DNA of 60,968 bases, filler included, from Globobulimina sp. (Eukaryota): assembly GCA_003354225.1 (NCBI GenBank). It is 18 parts of 18 records of this genome, joined end to end, with 100 filler letters (N's around TTAATTAATTAA, not from the genome) between each part and the next. Parts side by side here need not be neighbours in the genome. Positions count along the whole stretch, not along the records: positions 10,187 to 13,480 come from PIVH01003165.1; positions 13,581 to 16,874 come from PIVH01003166.1; positions 16,975 to 20,268 come from PIVH01003167.1; positions 20,369 to 23,661 come from PIVH01003168.1; 14 more parts are not named here. One strand, given 5' to 3'. The position numbers were made by a program, and so were the translations under genes. The notes below the pieces were generated by a model. It was given only the letters and a program-made list of their open reading frames with translations, did no database searches and had not been told where the DNA came from. Shown in pieces: positions 12,068 to 23,761 of the stretch; positions within the stretch are counted from its first letter, which is position 1; each line of letters opens with the position of its first letter.

Positions 12068-12965
12068 ATGACTTCTTCCTTTGCGCCAGTCCAAGTGGTG
12101 ATATTTGTGTTAACGTTAGCTTTATGTGTTCCACATTTCAATGGAGCATGGTTTTCATATCACCCGCTGTTTATGCTATTTGCTTTTTTAGGATGTATGT
12201 CGAATGCAATATTTTTAAATCGACAAGGTGGCAGCACATGGATTCATATGTATTTACAAATAATTTGCGTACTATGTGCAGATTTTGCATTGTATGTTAT
12301 TTGGACCAATAAAAGCATGGCAAACAAAGATCATCTTTCAACATGGCATTCATGGCTCGGTATTGGATGTATGCTATTAAATAATATAGCTGCTATTATG
12401 GGAATGCGTACTTTATGGCCTGGCAAAGCGGAAAAGGACAGAATCAATTTGGATTTAACAAAGCATAAACAAGCCGGAAGGATATTGTTTATGGTGATTA
12501 TGGTTGTTATGCATATAGGAAATTTTACATTATATGTGTTAGTTATATAATTAATGAAAGAACTGCATTTATCGCAGAGGTTTTAGGTTTCATGTTTTTA
12601 TGTTTAGAGGTTGTAGGTTTGACCAATATTTTCAGATCAGCAGTAACGAAAGAAACATAATCTGATTTTGTCAGACCTACAAACATTGAAACATAAAAAA
12701 CCTGAAACCTAAAACCTCTGCGATAAATGCAGTCGTTTCAATGAGCATTACAATTTATTTTAATACAAACAGATATTTGGTTCTATGTATATATGTGATA
12801 TGCAATGAATTTTACAATCAAATATCTGAATGTATTAAACATAACGAACACAGAGAACATGATGGTAATATCATACAAGTTATATTGTTTGACGCGGTTT
12901 TGGTGTTTGTGACTGTTATTGGCTTAACGGGATATCGTTTCACTTCAAAAGGAAAGGAAAATTGA
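12068..12965 (+). CDS. Cytochrome b561 family transmembrane reductase; 3' splice structure uncertain
   Basis: Four heme-ligand histidines in family context: WFSYHPLFM, WIHMYLQ, HLSTWHSWLG, KHKQAGR. The last hydrophobic helix (IIQVILFDAVLVFVTVIGL) lies downstream of an intervening region holding a hairpin element. Confidence 0.85.
12555..12740. mobile_element. MITE-like non-autonomous element with long terminal inverted repeats
   Basis: Perfect 31-bp IR ACTGCATTTATCGCAGAGGTTTTAGGTTTCA (12562-12592 / 12703-12733), extended by further imperfect pairing on both sides. No coding capacity. Confidence 0.75.
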
Positions 12966-13062
12966 TCTTTGTTTCTTATTAATAATTATACACTAATAAA
13001 ATTCCATTTTTAGCATATTGCTATTCAGAGCAAAAACCGTTTTAATTTCGCCTCAATCGATC

Positions 13063-13232
13063 ATGGCACAGCATTCTGTCGAAGAGGAAAAGAAAACGAG
13101 TTCATTGCATGATATTGATTTGAAAGAAGAAGATCGTGTCATCAATGAATTTATTGCAATTGCGTTGGGAGATAAGTATATGAACATCGACAATAACGCT
13201 GCAGCTGGCATTGAATGGACAAAATATAGATA
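13063..13232 (+). CDS. N-terminus of an unknown protein, truncated at a head-on junction
   Basis: MAQHSVEEEKKTSSLHDIDLKEEDRVINEF reads as natural protein only up to about 13232; beyond that the frame is antisense to the RING gene. Confidence 0.4.
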
Positions 13233-13405
13233 TGATCACAGTCTAATTCTACGGCGTCGCGACAAATGCCACGGCAATTCGCACATATTGAACTGGAAAT
13301 ACTTGTTTGATTTTCAAATAACTCAACTTTCCATCCTTGACCATCAACTTGCAACAATGTGAATAGTTCGTCTTCAATATTAAACTTCAATTCTGAGTCT
13401 GCCAT
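13232..13405 (-). CDS. N-terminus of a TRAF-type RING finger protein, truncated mid-RING
   Basis: MADSELK...ICANCRGICRDAVELDCDH matches the first half of a C3HC4/TRAF RING (C-x2-C...C-x-H). The second half is absent. Confidence 0.55.
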
Positions 13406-13580
13406 CTTGTAACAAATAAGCACAGTTTTCAGCCAAGAATAATTTTTGAACAATCAAATCAAACTAACTGAGCATTATAANNNNNNNNNNNNNNNNNNNN
13501 NNNNNNNNNNNNNNNNNNNNNNNNTTAATTAATTAANNNNNNNNNNNNNNNNNNNNNNNNNNNNNNNNNNNNNNNNNNNN

Positions 13581-13825
13581 GGAATGAGGGGAATGAGGGC
13601 AATGTGACATGGCCGGATGAGTCGTGGCCCGCCAATGCGTATATTCGCGTCGTGAAGAGTACCAACAGCGGCTCCAACAAAGAAGCTTTGAAATGGAGTT
13701 CAAGCGTTGGTGTGCAAAGTTCGATCAATTCGCTGTGGGCCAATCTTTTTGTGGGAGCTGGCAAGAATGTATATGTTGAATACCAGCAAGGAAATGTTTG
13801 TTATGTGAATGGCAATCCTTGTTAA
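13581..13825 (+). CDS. 3' end of an unknown protein
   Basis: Open frame from the contig start to TAA 13825, richer in G+C than the following intergenic DNA. Confidence 0.4.
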
Positions 13826-14077
13826 TTAAATTTAAACTGAATTTAAACTAACTTTTTCATACACAATCCGCAAATAATTACAAACTGAGTTCTGAAATAT
13901 TTCCCATCGCACAATCCAATTTGTAAAACCAATATGGGACCATCTGGGATGGAAATATTTTATCCGCAACAGTTTGCGTACTGACTTCTGATAAAATACT
14001 AATATAATAACAACACTTTCTTGATAGAGTAAAACAAAAAAAATATTATATAGTATTCTGTTATTATATTTATTTGT

Positions 14078-15441
14078 TTACATCTGTTTGTTTATATATG
14101 TTATGGTGATGTTCTGTTTTTCCATCTTGAATTTATTTTTACTTCTTGTAATATTCCCAACATCATTCATGATTTGCTCATTGATACTGCTTGCTTTCCA
14201 CACTCGAGGTGTCATTGATTGCCCTGACTCCTTTTCATTGTGGATTTGAAATTTTTTCCAATGGCAATAATACGCGTTATACCAATACAATGTTCCTGAT
14301 GCTAACCATAATAAAAATTGCACCGGCTTACTATAAAAGGTTAATACACTCATTCCAAGCAAATACAATTCATATCGAAAGAAATTTGTCTCTCTAAACA
14401 GAATCGACAATATGCACATAACAAACAGTCCAATCACCAGTACACTCGCAATATGTACCTCTTCATCCTTCCATTTACAAATACGTTTCACAAATTCAAT
14501 CGCCTTATTCACCAAAACCAACAATTCCTGTATTATACCCAAAAAAGGCTGCAATCCAGAAACTTTAATGGCTGATTTCCCCACAATCTTTGAAAATGTT
14601 CCTAATGATATTTCTTTTTCATCATCGTCCATTTCATCCACTTCGATGTCTGTCTTTTCCACTTTTTTTAATTGCACATTAACTGTCTTTTTCTCAGTGC
14701 ATTGTTCATCCATTTTGTTTTTTAAATGCTGCGCTTTGATTTTTGACAGCAATTTTGGTAAACTCCCAAAACATAAACATATGCAATGTACTGCTAATCC
14801 CAAATTAATTTTATTTTTTCTGCAACATTCGAGCTTGGTATAAGAGTGACAAATATATACTAATATTCTAAACTCAATATAAAAGAATGTAAACCATGGA
14901 TAAAATATAAAAAAAGTGAATAAAATGACATATATCATGGACCATTCGTATGTGATCCATTTTAATATTGCAAATTGTTCATTTGATTGGTCGATAATTG
15001 GGAACAACTCTGCCCATAATTTATTCACTTCGGCCATTGTCAAATTTAAATTAAATTTTGTCTCTTTTTTGGCTGCCAAAGTTGTTTAACTCTTTGTTTG
15101 TAATATTCGGGATATTTGTTTCTGATCCAACATTTGTTGAATATGGCCAGAAAGACAGATATAATGTTTTTAGACGGATCTGTTAATAAATTATTGGCAG
15201 TCGCATTAAAAGCATGGTGGTTACGAATGAATGGTTTGTTGTCAGCGCTGGATAGTATTGAATAACATGTATCGCACACTCGTTTCTTGCGTGTTTGTCC
15301 ATTCGTTTTTAGCTTCCATTTGTGTTTACTGCATTGATTGCATACAGCTATTTGGCATTTATTGCATCGATGTTTGAGATGAAGCCTTGAAAATGGTTTA
15401 TTGCATAATTCACAGTTGCTGTCAAATGTTGTTGTTGCCAT
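14078..15441 (-). CDS. N-terminal FYVE zinc finger plus reticulon-like/PRT_C-like membrane region; apparent -1 frameshift near 15080
   Basis: CELCNKPF...KHRCNKC...VCNQCS...RVCDTCY (8 Cys, FYVE). The downstream ORF has F-N-L-N...ILKW...S followed by two long hydrophobic segments and ICKWKDE, as in MCTP PRT_C or Pex24-like regions. Confidence 0.65.
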
Positions 15442-15522
15442 GACTCTGACATGTGATTTTTAAGTAAATGTTGAGTTTAAAATTGAAAAACAATATAGAA
15501 CACATTTTGTTTGACAGTCAAT

Positions 15523-16874
15523 TTATAAGAGTTGTTGCGGAGGTATATGGCCATGCGGATTATCATCAAACGGTACCACAGATGCTTTAAATGCATATTC
15601 ATCATATTTGCGAAATATATTTTTAAGCGGACAGCATATGATTGGATAGGACATTAATATTATAACTGTACCAAACATAAATGGCATAAAAGGAATTGCT
15701 TTATGTATCGGATGAGAATGAGAAAAAAACAAATATAAATATGAAAATATAAATGGCGCAATACATCGATTTAATCCTTTAACCGCATGAATAACACCCA
15801 ATGCCACACCCTGTTGTTTTGCAGAGACCCTTTTTGATAATGAACCACTTAAAATTGGTATTAAAACAAATGAAATTCCATTAAATGCATACAATAACAA
15901 ACCAGCAATGATATTCGGCCAAAAATAAATCAAAATAGCAAAGAAAAATGTTATTAACAATATTGTGACTGCAAAGAGCATTAATTTAATATCACTCATA
16001 TATGTATTTAATATTGGTAGCATTATGAGGTTGGCAATAACCATAAAAGAACTCATTGAAATTATCAAATATGAATTAATTTTCGTGTTTTCTTTCTCAT
16101 CGCATAATCCTAAAATATCCGAAATATAAATCATTGAAAGCCCATTCATTCCAGTTTCTATGTAAAAAATATTTGATTGGTTGGCAAAAATAATAAAAAT
16201 ATTTGATTGGTTGAGAAATATAATAAAAAACATTTGATTGGTTGCTACCTGGAAATGCAGTCAAAAAGCTCAATATTGCAATCCATAAAATAACTTTATT
16301 TTTCCTGATAAAACACAATGGTTTCAATGGATTATGCCGCCAATAACAACACTTACATTTAACACACACATTATGTTTATAACTGCCATCCAATTCATTA
16401 TACTGTACATTTGCATTAATACTGCGATCCAAACCAATTTTATTTAATTCAATGGGATGTTCAGCTGCTTCATCGCCACTTATCTCATGATCCAATGCCA
16501 ATGGTTTACGATTTGCTTTTTTTAATGTTTCAGGCAACGCAAAAAATAAAAAGAACACTTGACATATTTTAATACCGACAACTGAATAAAATGCATATAT
16601 AATTCCAAGATGATGTATAATTATCGGCGTATAAATGGATGTTATTATCATGGTGGAAGCCCACAGACCAATGCACATCGCATACACTGTGGTTCGTAAA
16701 TGTGGCGCTGTGATATCACTCATTGCGCATTGTAATATTGTTGGCATCGCATTGGTCATTCCGGAAAATGCAGCCACTGGAAACAATGCGAAATACCACC
16801 ATATGTTTGGTGTGAAGCATAAGGGAATAAATGGTGATATGGTGCATAACCAAACAAAATATAAAAGTTTTTTC
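15523..16874 (-). CDS. MFS transporter, HIAT1/MFSD14 (TetA-like) family, 5'-partial; intron 16158-16248
   Basis: AMSDIT...RTTVYA, FALPETL, spliced LTAFPETG (compare MFSD14 YLPEAG), and LSKRVSAKQQGVALGVIHAVKGL...IAPFIF. Confidence 0.85.
16165..16244. repeat. About 30-bp tandem repeat, three copies, filling the MFS intron
   Basis: AAAAA(T/C)ATTTGATTGGTTG occurs three times at 30-31 bp spacing. Confidence 0.85.
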
Positions 16875-17313
16875 NNNNNNNNNNNNNNNNNNNNNNNNNN
16901 NNNNNNNNNNNNNNNNNNTTAATTAATTAANNNNNNNNNNNNNNNNNNNNNNNNNNNNNNNNNNNNNNNNNNNNGTCTCCCGGCTTAGCCCGGTTCTGTG
17001 CCCGTCAGTCTTGGCGGAGCAGCGGGAGTGCAGAAGAGAAGCGGAGTCCGGCAGCAGGCTCTGGAGCGGGAGTGTCTGGAGAATCCGAGGCAGTGTGGTC
17101 GCCGGCGCAGCGGGTGTCCACGCGCCGCTGCTTGCCGGACCGCTGCTGGCTTCAGCTTCTAGCCCGCTGTGTGACGCGGTCTGGAACTCAGATACTGGGG
17201 CTGAAGGGCTCAGATGGCTCAAGAGCGGCGATTGCGGTCGTCTGAGTCTCTTCGTTTCTAAAAACATCAATGCACCGCGGAAGTTAGCTATGGGGTCGAA
17301 GCTCGGATCCCAA

Positions 17314-17811
17314 TCAGGTTTTCGATCGCTTGATATGCTCTGTCCCAATCTGCATTTCTTTACATTTGGCATAATAACCTTCAACCAAATTGTCTTTCAA
17401 TTGTTTATATTCATTGTCGTATTTCTCAATCATTACATCGCGTTCCTTGTTAGTTTCATACATTTTATTTGTTTGCGATTCAATATTTTGGTTTAAATCT
17501 TTTAATTTGTTTAATAATCCATCCTCTTTTTCTTTTAATGTATTTATAATATTTTGCAATATATTTTCAATTTGCTTTGGTTGAACCACAAAGTCTGTAT
17601 CTTGCATATTTTGATTATTTTTTTCCATGAAATATTCAATGTGCTGATCAACAGTTTTTCGTCGACAAAATACACTTCGCGATAAGTTAATATATGCAGT
17701 AATGGCGCGGTCGTAATGCGCTTGCGATTGTTCTAAAGATATTTTTGATTCCAAACGATCCACCATACGTCCAACTTTATTATCCGTTTTCAAAATATTT
17801 GAAAGACTCAT
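17314..17811 (-). CDS. Hypothetical coiled-coil protein
   Basis: 165-aa ATG ORF with a heptad-like K/E/N/L-rich C-terminal half. No family recognised. Confidence 0.45.
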   Translation of the reverse strand: MSLSNILKTDNKVGRMVDRLESKISLEQSQAHYDRAITAYINLSRSVFCRRKTVDQHIEYFMEKNNQNMQDTDFVVQPKQIENILQNIINTLKEKEDGLLNKLKDLNQNIESQTNKMYETNKERDVMIEKYDNEYKQLKDNLVEGYYAKCKEMQIGTEHIKRSKT

Positions 17812-18086
17812 TCTGCAGTCGGCCGGTCCACTGAGTAAATAGTAGTTGAATTAAACAATAAAAAACTTGCACTGCAGAAAACATTTAAAATCAAAATCAT
17901 CACAACTTTACAAATTTTGAATGAATGATTACACGAAATTATCGCTGCATGCAAATGACAAGCTAGCGCAACCTCATTCGTATTGTAATCACACTGAATT
18001 CTATCAAACAGAATATGTTGAGTTATAATTATAATATAAATCTGTTCACAAATTCTATTTCAATTATTTATGCGAAAAACAAGATA

Positions 18087-18767
18087 ATGGTAAAAATAGA
18101 CGGTACAATCGACGGTGTTGTTGCGGAGAGAAATGCGTCGGGTTCGTACCAATAAAACTTACATTCATTTGACTCATTAAATACCAATGCATTAATTGTA
18201 AATACAGTGATTTTAGAACCAGTATCATTACGAGGCAGTGAACATTTTTTTTCATTCAAATACCATGGTAACAATTTAAAAAAAACTGCGAATAAACACA
18301 TCAATGAGTTGCGTGAAGGGGATATTTTGTTATTTTACAATCAAATATTTGGAATGCAAGGAATGAATGAATACAAAAAGAAGAATGAGAAACCGTATTA
18401 TTTACATGTTGGGATAAATGTGCATAACAAGAAAAAGATAAATATGTTTATCGTTAAAAAGGACAAAAAATTGATCAAATCGGAAATTATTGTCTATGAT
18501 GGAGGTAAATGTCGGAATGTATCAATTAATGAATACAATATGATACTAAATAAATTGTGTGACTTCAAAGAATGGGCAAAGTATAAAAATAATCCTAAAT
18601 TTGAATTGGAAGTATTGGACATAAACATAACTGATTCAATGGACTGTGATGATAATGAATATAATTATGATGAAACTGAACAAAGTTTGGATAAAATCAT
18701 CGCTAAAGTCGAGGCGGATAATATTGAAATTAAAAAGAAATTGATGCAATGCTATGAGTATAAATGA
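18087..18767 (+). pseudogene. Hypothetical, possibly OB-fold-like protein with an in-frame TAA at 18153-18155
   Basis: ATG 18087 (MVKIDGTIDGVVAERNASGSYQ*) is in frame with ORF 18207-18767. INELREGDILLFYN resembles the OB-fold L..GD...(L/I).N segment. Confidence 0.4.
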
Positions 18768-18952
18768 TGGAAATGTATATTATATTGTAACTACAATTCG
18801 ATTGTCGATTACTTAAATAAATTTATTAATTTTATACCATTAAAATACATACAATCGAACGATCGGTTATTTACATCGTTTCTTTCACCTTGCCTCGAAT
18901 TTGATTCTTTTCAAAATGAAAAACTCCTTTTTTCTGTTTACTAGCTTGCGCC

Positions 18953-20268
18953 ATGGCACAGTCAGCAAATGAAAATACTATGACAGGGTCGATCGTATGC
19001 AATATTTATGAACCGCAGTATGATTTTGATCACGGAATATATACAAATTATGAGGAGCAATCAAATGCAATCAATAAACGAAAAAATGAATTAGCTGATT
19101 TACGTGAATTATTATCAACAAACAATGATATATTACTTGTATTTAATGAGAATGAAAATACTCAACAAAATGATGCATCCGTAACATGTCTAACAAATAC
19201 AGATAATACGACATGTGCACCACATTGGAATGCTGACAGTGTAATACAAATGAAGCCAATTTGTGAAGAGAAAGCAAGAAAATCAAATATATTTACCAAA
19301 CCCAAGAAAACTAAACCAAAGAAAAAATCAAAGCGCGTTGTACCTAAACGCAATAAAACCAAACAGAAAAAATCAAATCACTTTGTACCTAAACCCAAGA
19401 AAAATAAACAAAAAATAAAATCAAAGCGCTTTGTACTTAAACTCAATAAAAATAAACGAAAGAAAAAATCAAATCATAAACCCAATAAAAATAAACAAAA
19501 GAAAAAATCAAATCGCTTTGTACTTAAACTTAATAAAAATAAAGGGAAAAAACCCAAAAAAAAGAGAAATGACTCAAAAAATGTAACTCTTACAAATAAA
19601 ATATGGATATATTGCACACATAAACGATCAAATAATACTAATAATACTAATAATGAGTGTGGTGTCCATCACTGCCGTACATTGCGCAGACAATCAGTAA
19701 GCACACAACATCCATGTTTAGCTGCTATAAATGGAAGAAAAATAATAACACGTACAATTGGCAAATTTTTCAAAGCTTGCACATATTGCAAAAATAATGA
19801 GCAATCAAATATAAATTGTATTCGATTGGCGACAACCGATGAAATTCAACGATATCGACACAAATGTAATCCATTGGAAATTGTCCAACCAATCACAAAA
19901 ACAGCAAAAAAATCAAAAAATAGCATAATTGAACAAAAGGAGCGGAGTGGTAATGATGACGTCGACAGTGATGATAATAAAATGATTGGTGATCGAATTA
20001 ATAATAAGAAAACAATAGATTTTGATTGTAATATAAGTGATGATACAAAACCAATGTATGTCTATTTATACTTTATCATATATTTGTACATTATTATTAT
20101 TATATGTATACACAGGAAAAAAGCAGAATTAATGCAACAAGATTTAGATTTTTTATTAGCAAAAGCCTATGGATATAACAGTCATTTAAGGTGGAATTAT
20201 AAGGACGAATGGTGCCGATATTGTGGTGCACGAATAGCGCATAAATGGCATGATTCAATATTGGGTAA
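18953..20268 (+). CDS. Lys-rich repeat protein with Cys/His clusters and a GATA-like zinc-finger start, 3'-partial; probable intron about 20056-20115
   Basis: Long ORF with 16-aa basic repeats. WCRYCGARIAHKWHDSILG at the contig end resembles C-x2-C-x4-T-x2-W-R-x-G. GTATGT...CACAG intron. Confidence 0.55.
19298..19545 (+). repeat. Coding minisatellite, about 48-bp unit, 5-6 copies (KPKKNKQKKKSNRFVL-like)
   Basis: Variants of AAACCCAA(G/T)AAAA(C/A)TAAAC...AAATCAAA...TTGTAC(C/T)T repeat in tandem. Confidence 0.85.
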
Positions 20269-20820
20269 NNNNNNNNNNNNNNNNNNNNNNNNNNNNNNNN
20301 NNNNNNNNNNNNTTAATTAATTAANNNNNNNNNNNNNNNNNNNNNNNNNNNNNNNNNNNNNNNNNNNNTGGAAATACATTTCATAAATATATACCAAGCA
20401 ATCAACACTGCAAACTGTCTTTTATCAGTTTGCAATTGTTAATTAATAAATTACAAATTAAATATGATCTTCCAATCTGAACCATATCATCTGGTTGAGA
20501 TGCATCAAAATTCAATCAAATCATCTGAATTGAAACACAAACAAATCAAAATTTTAATTGTTATCTTTAGCATATATCAACCAGTTAATTTTTCAGGACG
20601 CAAAAAGGCAAATTGCAAATAATGGGCAAATAAAAATTTCTCTTTATTGTTAACATTACAACATCTGCAGCTGAGTGTGCCATATGTTTAGTAGTGAAAA
20701 TTAAAAGAAAGCTCATTTTTTCTAACTTTATTTATAATCACCATGCATATGCTTTGTGAGACACTTAACGAATAAGTTAAAAATACTAATCAGAGTTACT
20801 AATTTCCGAAACCAGGTAAG

Positions 20821-22499
20821 ATGAGTCACAATAATACCAGCACAAAGAAAGTGAAAAAACAACGGAAACAACGCCGAGTTTTAAATGGTTATATTGATAT
20901 CGATGATGTAACAGTTGAGGCAGGACCAAATTATATAAATTGGATACAATGCACCAAACAAAAATTAAAAGAACGAGAATGTAAATTAATGTCGGTCCGC
21001 ATTACCACTTTACAGCATATTATCAATAATCAATGTAAAATATTTGAAACAAATATCAATTCTCTCTGCGTCTCAGATAAATCAAAAAATCCATCTAATA
21101 ATCAAATATCCATAGGTTTCAACTATAAAAAATTAGTTATAAATAATAACATTATCGATGAATGTTTAAATAAATTGTATAAATGCGTGGAACTATGGAA
21201 TGGTATCAATTTAAGAAAAACAAAAAAATCATTATCTACATTTCGCAAATATTTCGTGACCGGCAAATGTTGGTTTGACCAAAAAAAGAAAAATATTTTA
21301 GCACCATATTTCTGGGTGAAATTATTTCAAACTTTACAAGAATTTGCAAATTATGCTGCTTCCGAGTATTTCAATCAAAATCAAGAGCAAAATCAAAATA
21401 ATAAAGCCGGGCTGCCATCATTATATGCGACGTATTTATTATTTCAAATTATTTCAGGTATTTTCAATGGTCAATTACATTTTGCTGCGACCAAACCACA
21501 GCCAATTATCCCCTGCGGCATATTGAAAACCTCTACGCAAATTGGCCAATATTTTCAAAATTTACATCATTCATTAAATATACAGCAATTAGTTCAAGTT
21601 TTGTTTGTGTTTTGTCTGAATCATTTTATATAAGCTTAGTTTGTTTTATTTTATAGCAATATTCGACAATATATCAGAAGCAAAATGTAACCGCGAAAGA
21701 AATCCTCGAATTGGTTAAGAAACAGTTAACGTGCTTATGCGATAAATCTATGCATGAATTTGTGAATGCATTGCAATATTCTGACGATATCAAATTTATG
21801 CCGGAAATATCAAATATATCCAATGAGACAGAAACAGAAAGTGCCGATTGTTTACAAAATGAAATTAATGTTTGCAATATTCGTCCACCGACATTTGAAT
21901 TGAATCAAAATATTCCCCCCAATATTCCAATGAGTTATAATTATAATTATCAATTGCAACCAGTTAATAATATGAATAATAACAATAGTATGATGTCAAG
22001 GGATGTGAGCAGCAGTAATAGCAGCAACAGCAGTGGAAGTGACATGATCTCTTGTCCTAATTTAGTGAATTTGCCATATATGGAGATGAGTGCGAATAAT
22101 ATCAGTCCTAATCCCAGTGCTAATTTAAATTTATATGGAGATGCAATGACAATGGTTGCGGGTGACTTGGATGCGGCGTTGACGGCTAATTATGATTTTG
22201 ATTTTGATTATAACTATAATGGGTTACATAATTCCTCCCAATCGGTAATAACGCAGAGATACAGTCCAATGGCAATGAGTCCAATTGCAATGTCAGTATT
22301 TGGCGGTTTGTCTCGCAATTCATTCGATCCATCACCATCAATAGCGGACCATCATTATATTAATAATATTAATAACCGTAATAATAATATTCATATGGAT
22401 AACAATAATACGTGCGTATGTTATCAATGTTGTCCATGCAATGACTGTTTCCACAGTGATTACAATGGAAGTAATGTTCAAAGCAATTTGATCATTTAA
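20821..22499 (+). CDS. Hypothetical protein (basic N-terminus, helical core, N/S/M/P-rich low-complexity tail); intron 21598-21656
   Basis: Two ORFs are joined in phase 0 by a GT...TAG intron. Basic NLS-like KKVKKQRKQRR. Confidence 0.6.
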
Positions 22500-23761
22500 A
22501 TGTTGAATGCTGCGTATTCCACTCTGAATTACTTATTGATTAACTATTTTTTTCTATAGTTAGTACCAATACTTAATAGAACTATTCTTTATTCTTATCT
22601 ATATTATATTATTTTATTTAAATAAGCTATTAACGTTTTATGTGTTGTATATAATATGTACGTGGAAAATAATAAAGGGTTTCGTTTGTATTGCATTATT
22701 TATTATATTTATACATACATATATGATTTGACACAAATTGTATTATGGCTCCTTTCGATAGGCATATATGAAAAATTATATTTGGTGTCGTATTTTCAGA
22801 TACACATTAAATATAGTATATAATTTGAAGGCTGTGTATAAAAATTCATTTAAAATGTTGCAATATGAATGTAATACGTAATAAGAAGCTAATTCAGGTA
22901 TCTGTTTATTAAAACAATTCAACAATTTATTAAAGCTATATATTCTGGTTTTATTATTTTGCATTGTATGGATCATACCTGAATATATGCTCTCTATTTC
23001 CGAATATTTAACTACATATCTTACACATTTCCGTACACGTATCGATGGATTTTTTATCTGAAGTACAAAAATGGATACTTAACGCAAAGTGTTTTCTCTT
23101 TTTTTATTTTTATTAACTGGAGAGATGTCAAGTGTCTCCGGAGATGTATTTGTATCCAACTCTATAGAATTATTATTTTTTTTAATAATGATTTGTTTTA
23201 TTTAATAATATTAATTAACACTCTTTCATTCGTTCTTTTTCTTTTTGCAACCGTCAATATAAATGATTTCAGAGAAAACCCTAAACGATATATTCCAAAA
23301 GATAAACCCATTTAATTCAATTATCTGAAAAACGCTTTGCAAATCCAAAAACGGTTTGATATAGATTTGTCTTGGGTTTGCAAACCCAGAACAAAGTCAT
23401 AACAAATTTATAATTGAATTTTCGGTATACAAAGGGCCCCTTATCTTCTTTGAAAGGGGGGGGGGGGTTATCTTTTGGAATATGTCGTTAAAGTGTAAAT
23501 TTAATTTGTGTATACTAGTATTTGGTTTTCCTTTGTTCATAAATGGAGATAACTGAAACGCAAACATAATTATCTTAATTGTAAGCGAAGAAATGAACGC
23601 AAACTCAGTGTACAATTTGTTGGAAGATCCCCTTTATGTGCGAGGATAGAAAAAATAGAACNNNNNNNNNNNNNNNNNNNNNNNNNNNNNNNNNNNNNNN
23701 NNNNNTTAATTAATTAANNNNNNNNNNNNNNNNNNNNNNNNNNNNNNNNNNNNNNNNNNNN

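Noticed and set aside
13894-13960. Short inverted repeat AAATATTTCCCATC / GATGGAAATATTT
   Set aside because: It is short, AT-rich and imperfect, and could arise by chance.
11550-18155. Alternative genetic code (stop reassignment) suggested by in-frame TAA/TGA at 11550, 11964 and 18153
   Set aside because: ORFs of 750-990 codons in this AT-rich DNA have no internal stops, and TAA, TAG and TGA all end genes at sensible positions (for example SKL-TAA, COG5-TGA).
23456-23467. G12 run as a G-quadruplex or regulatory element
   Set aside because: It is a single homopolymer of uncertain length in non-coding DNA, with no supporting context.
22776-23615. Two small minus-strand ORFs as transposon remnants
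   Set aside because: No transposase or RT motif is recognisable; the sequence fits AT-rich intergenic DNA.
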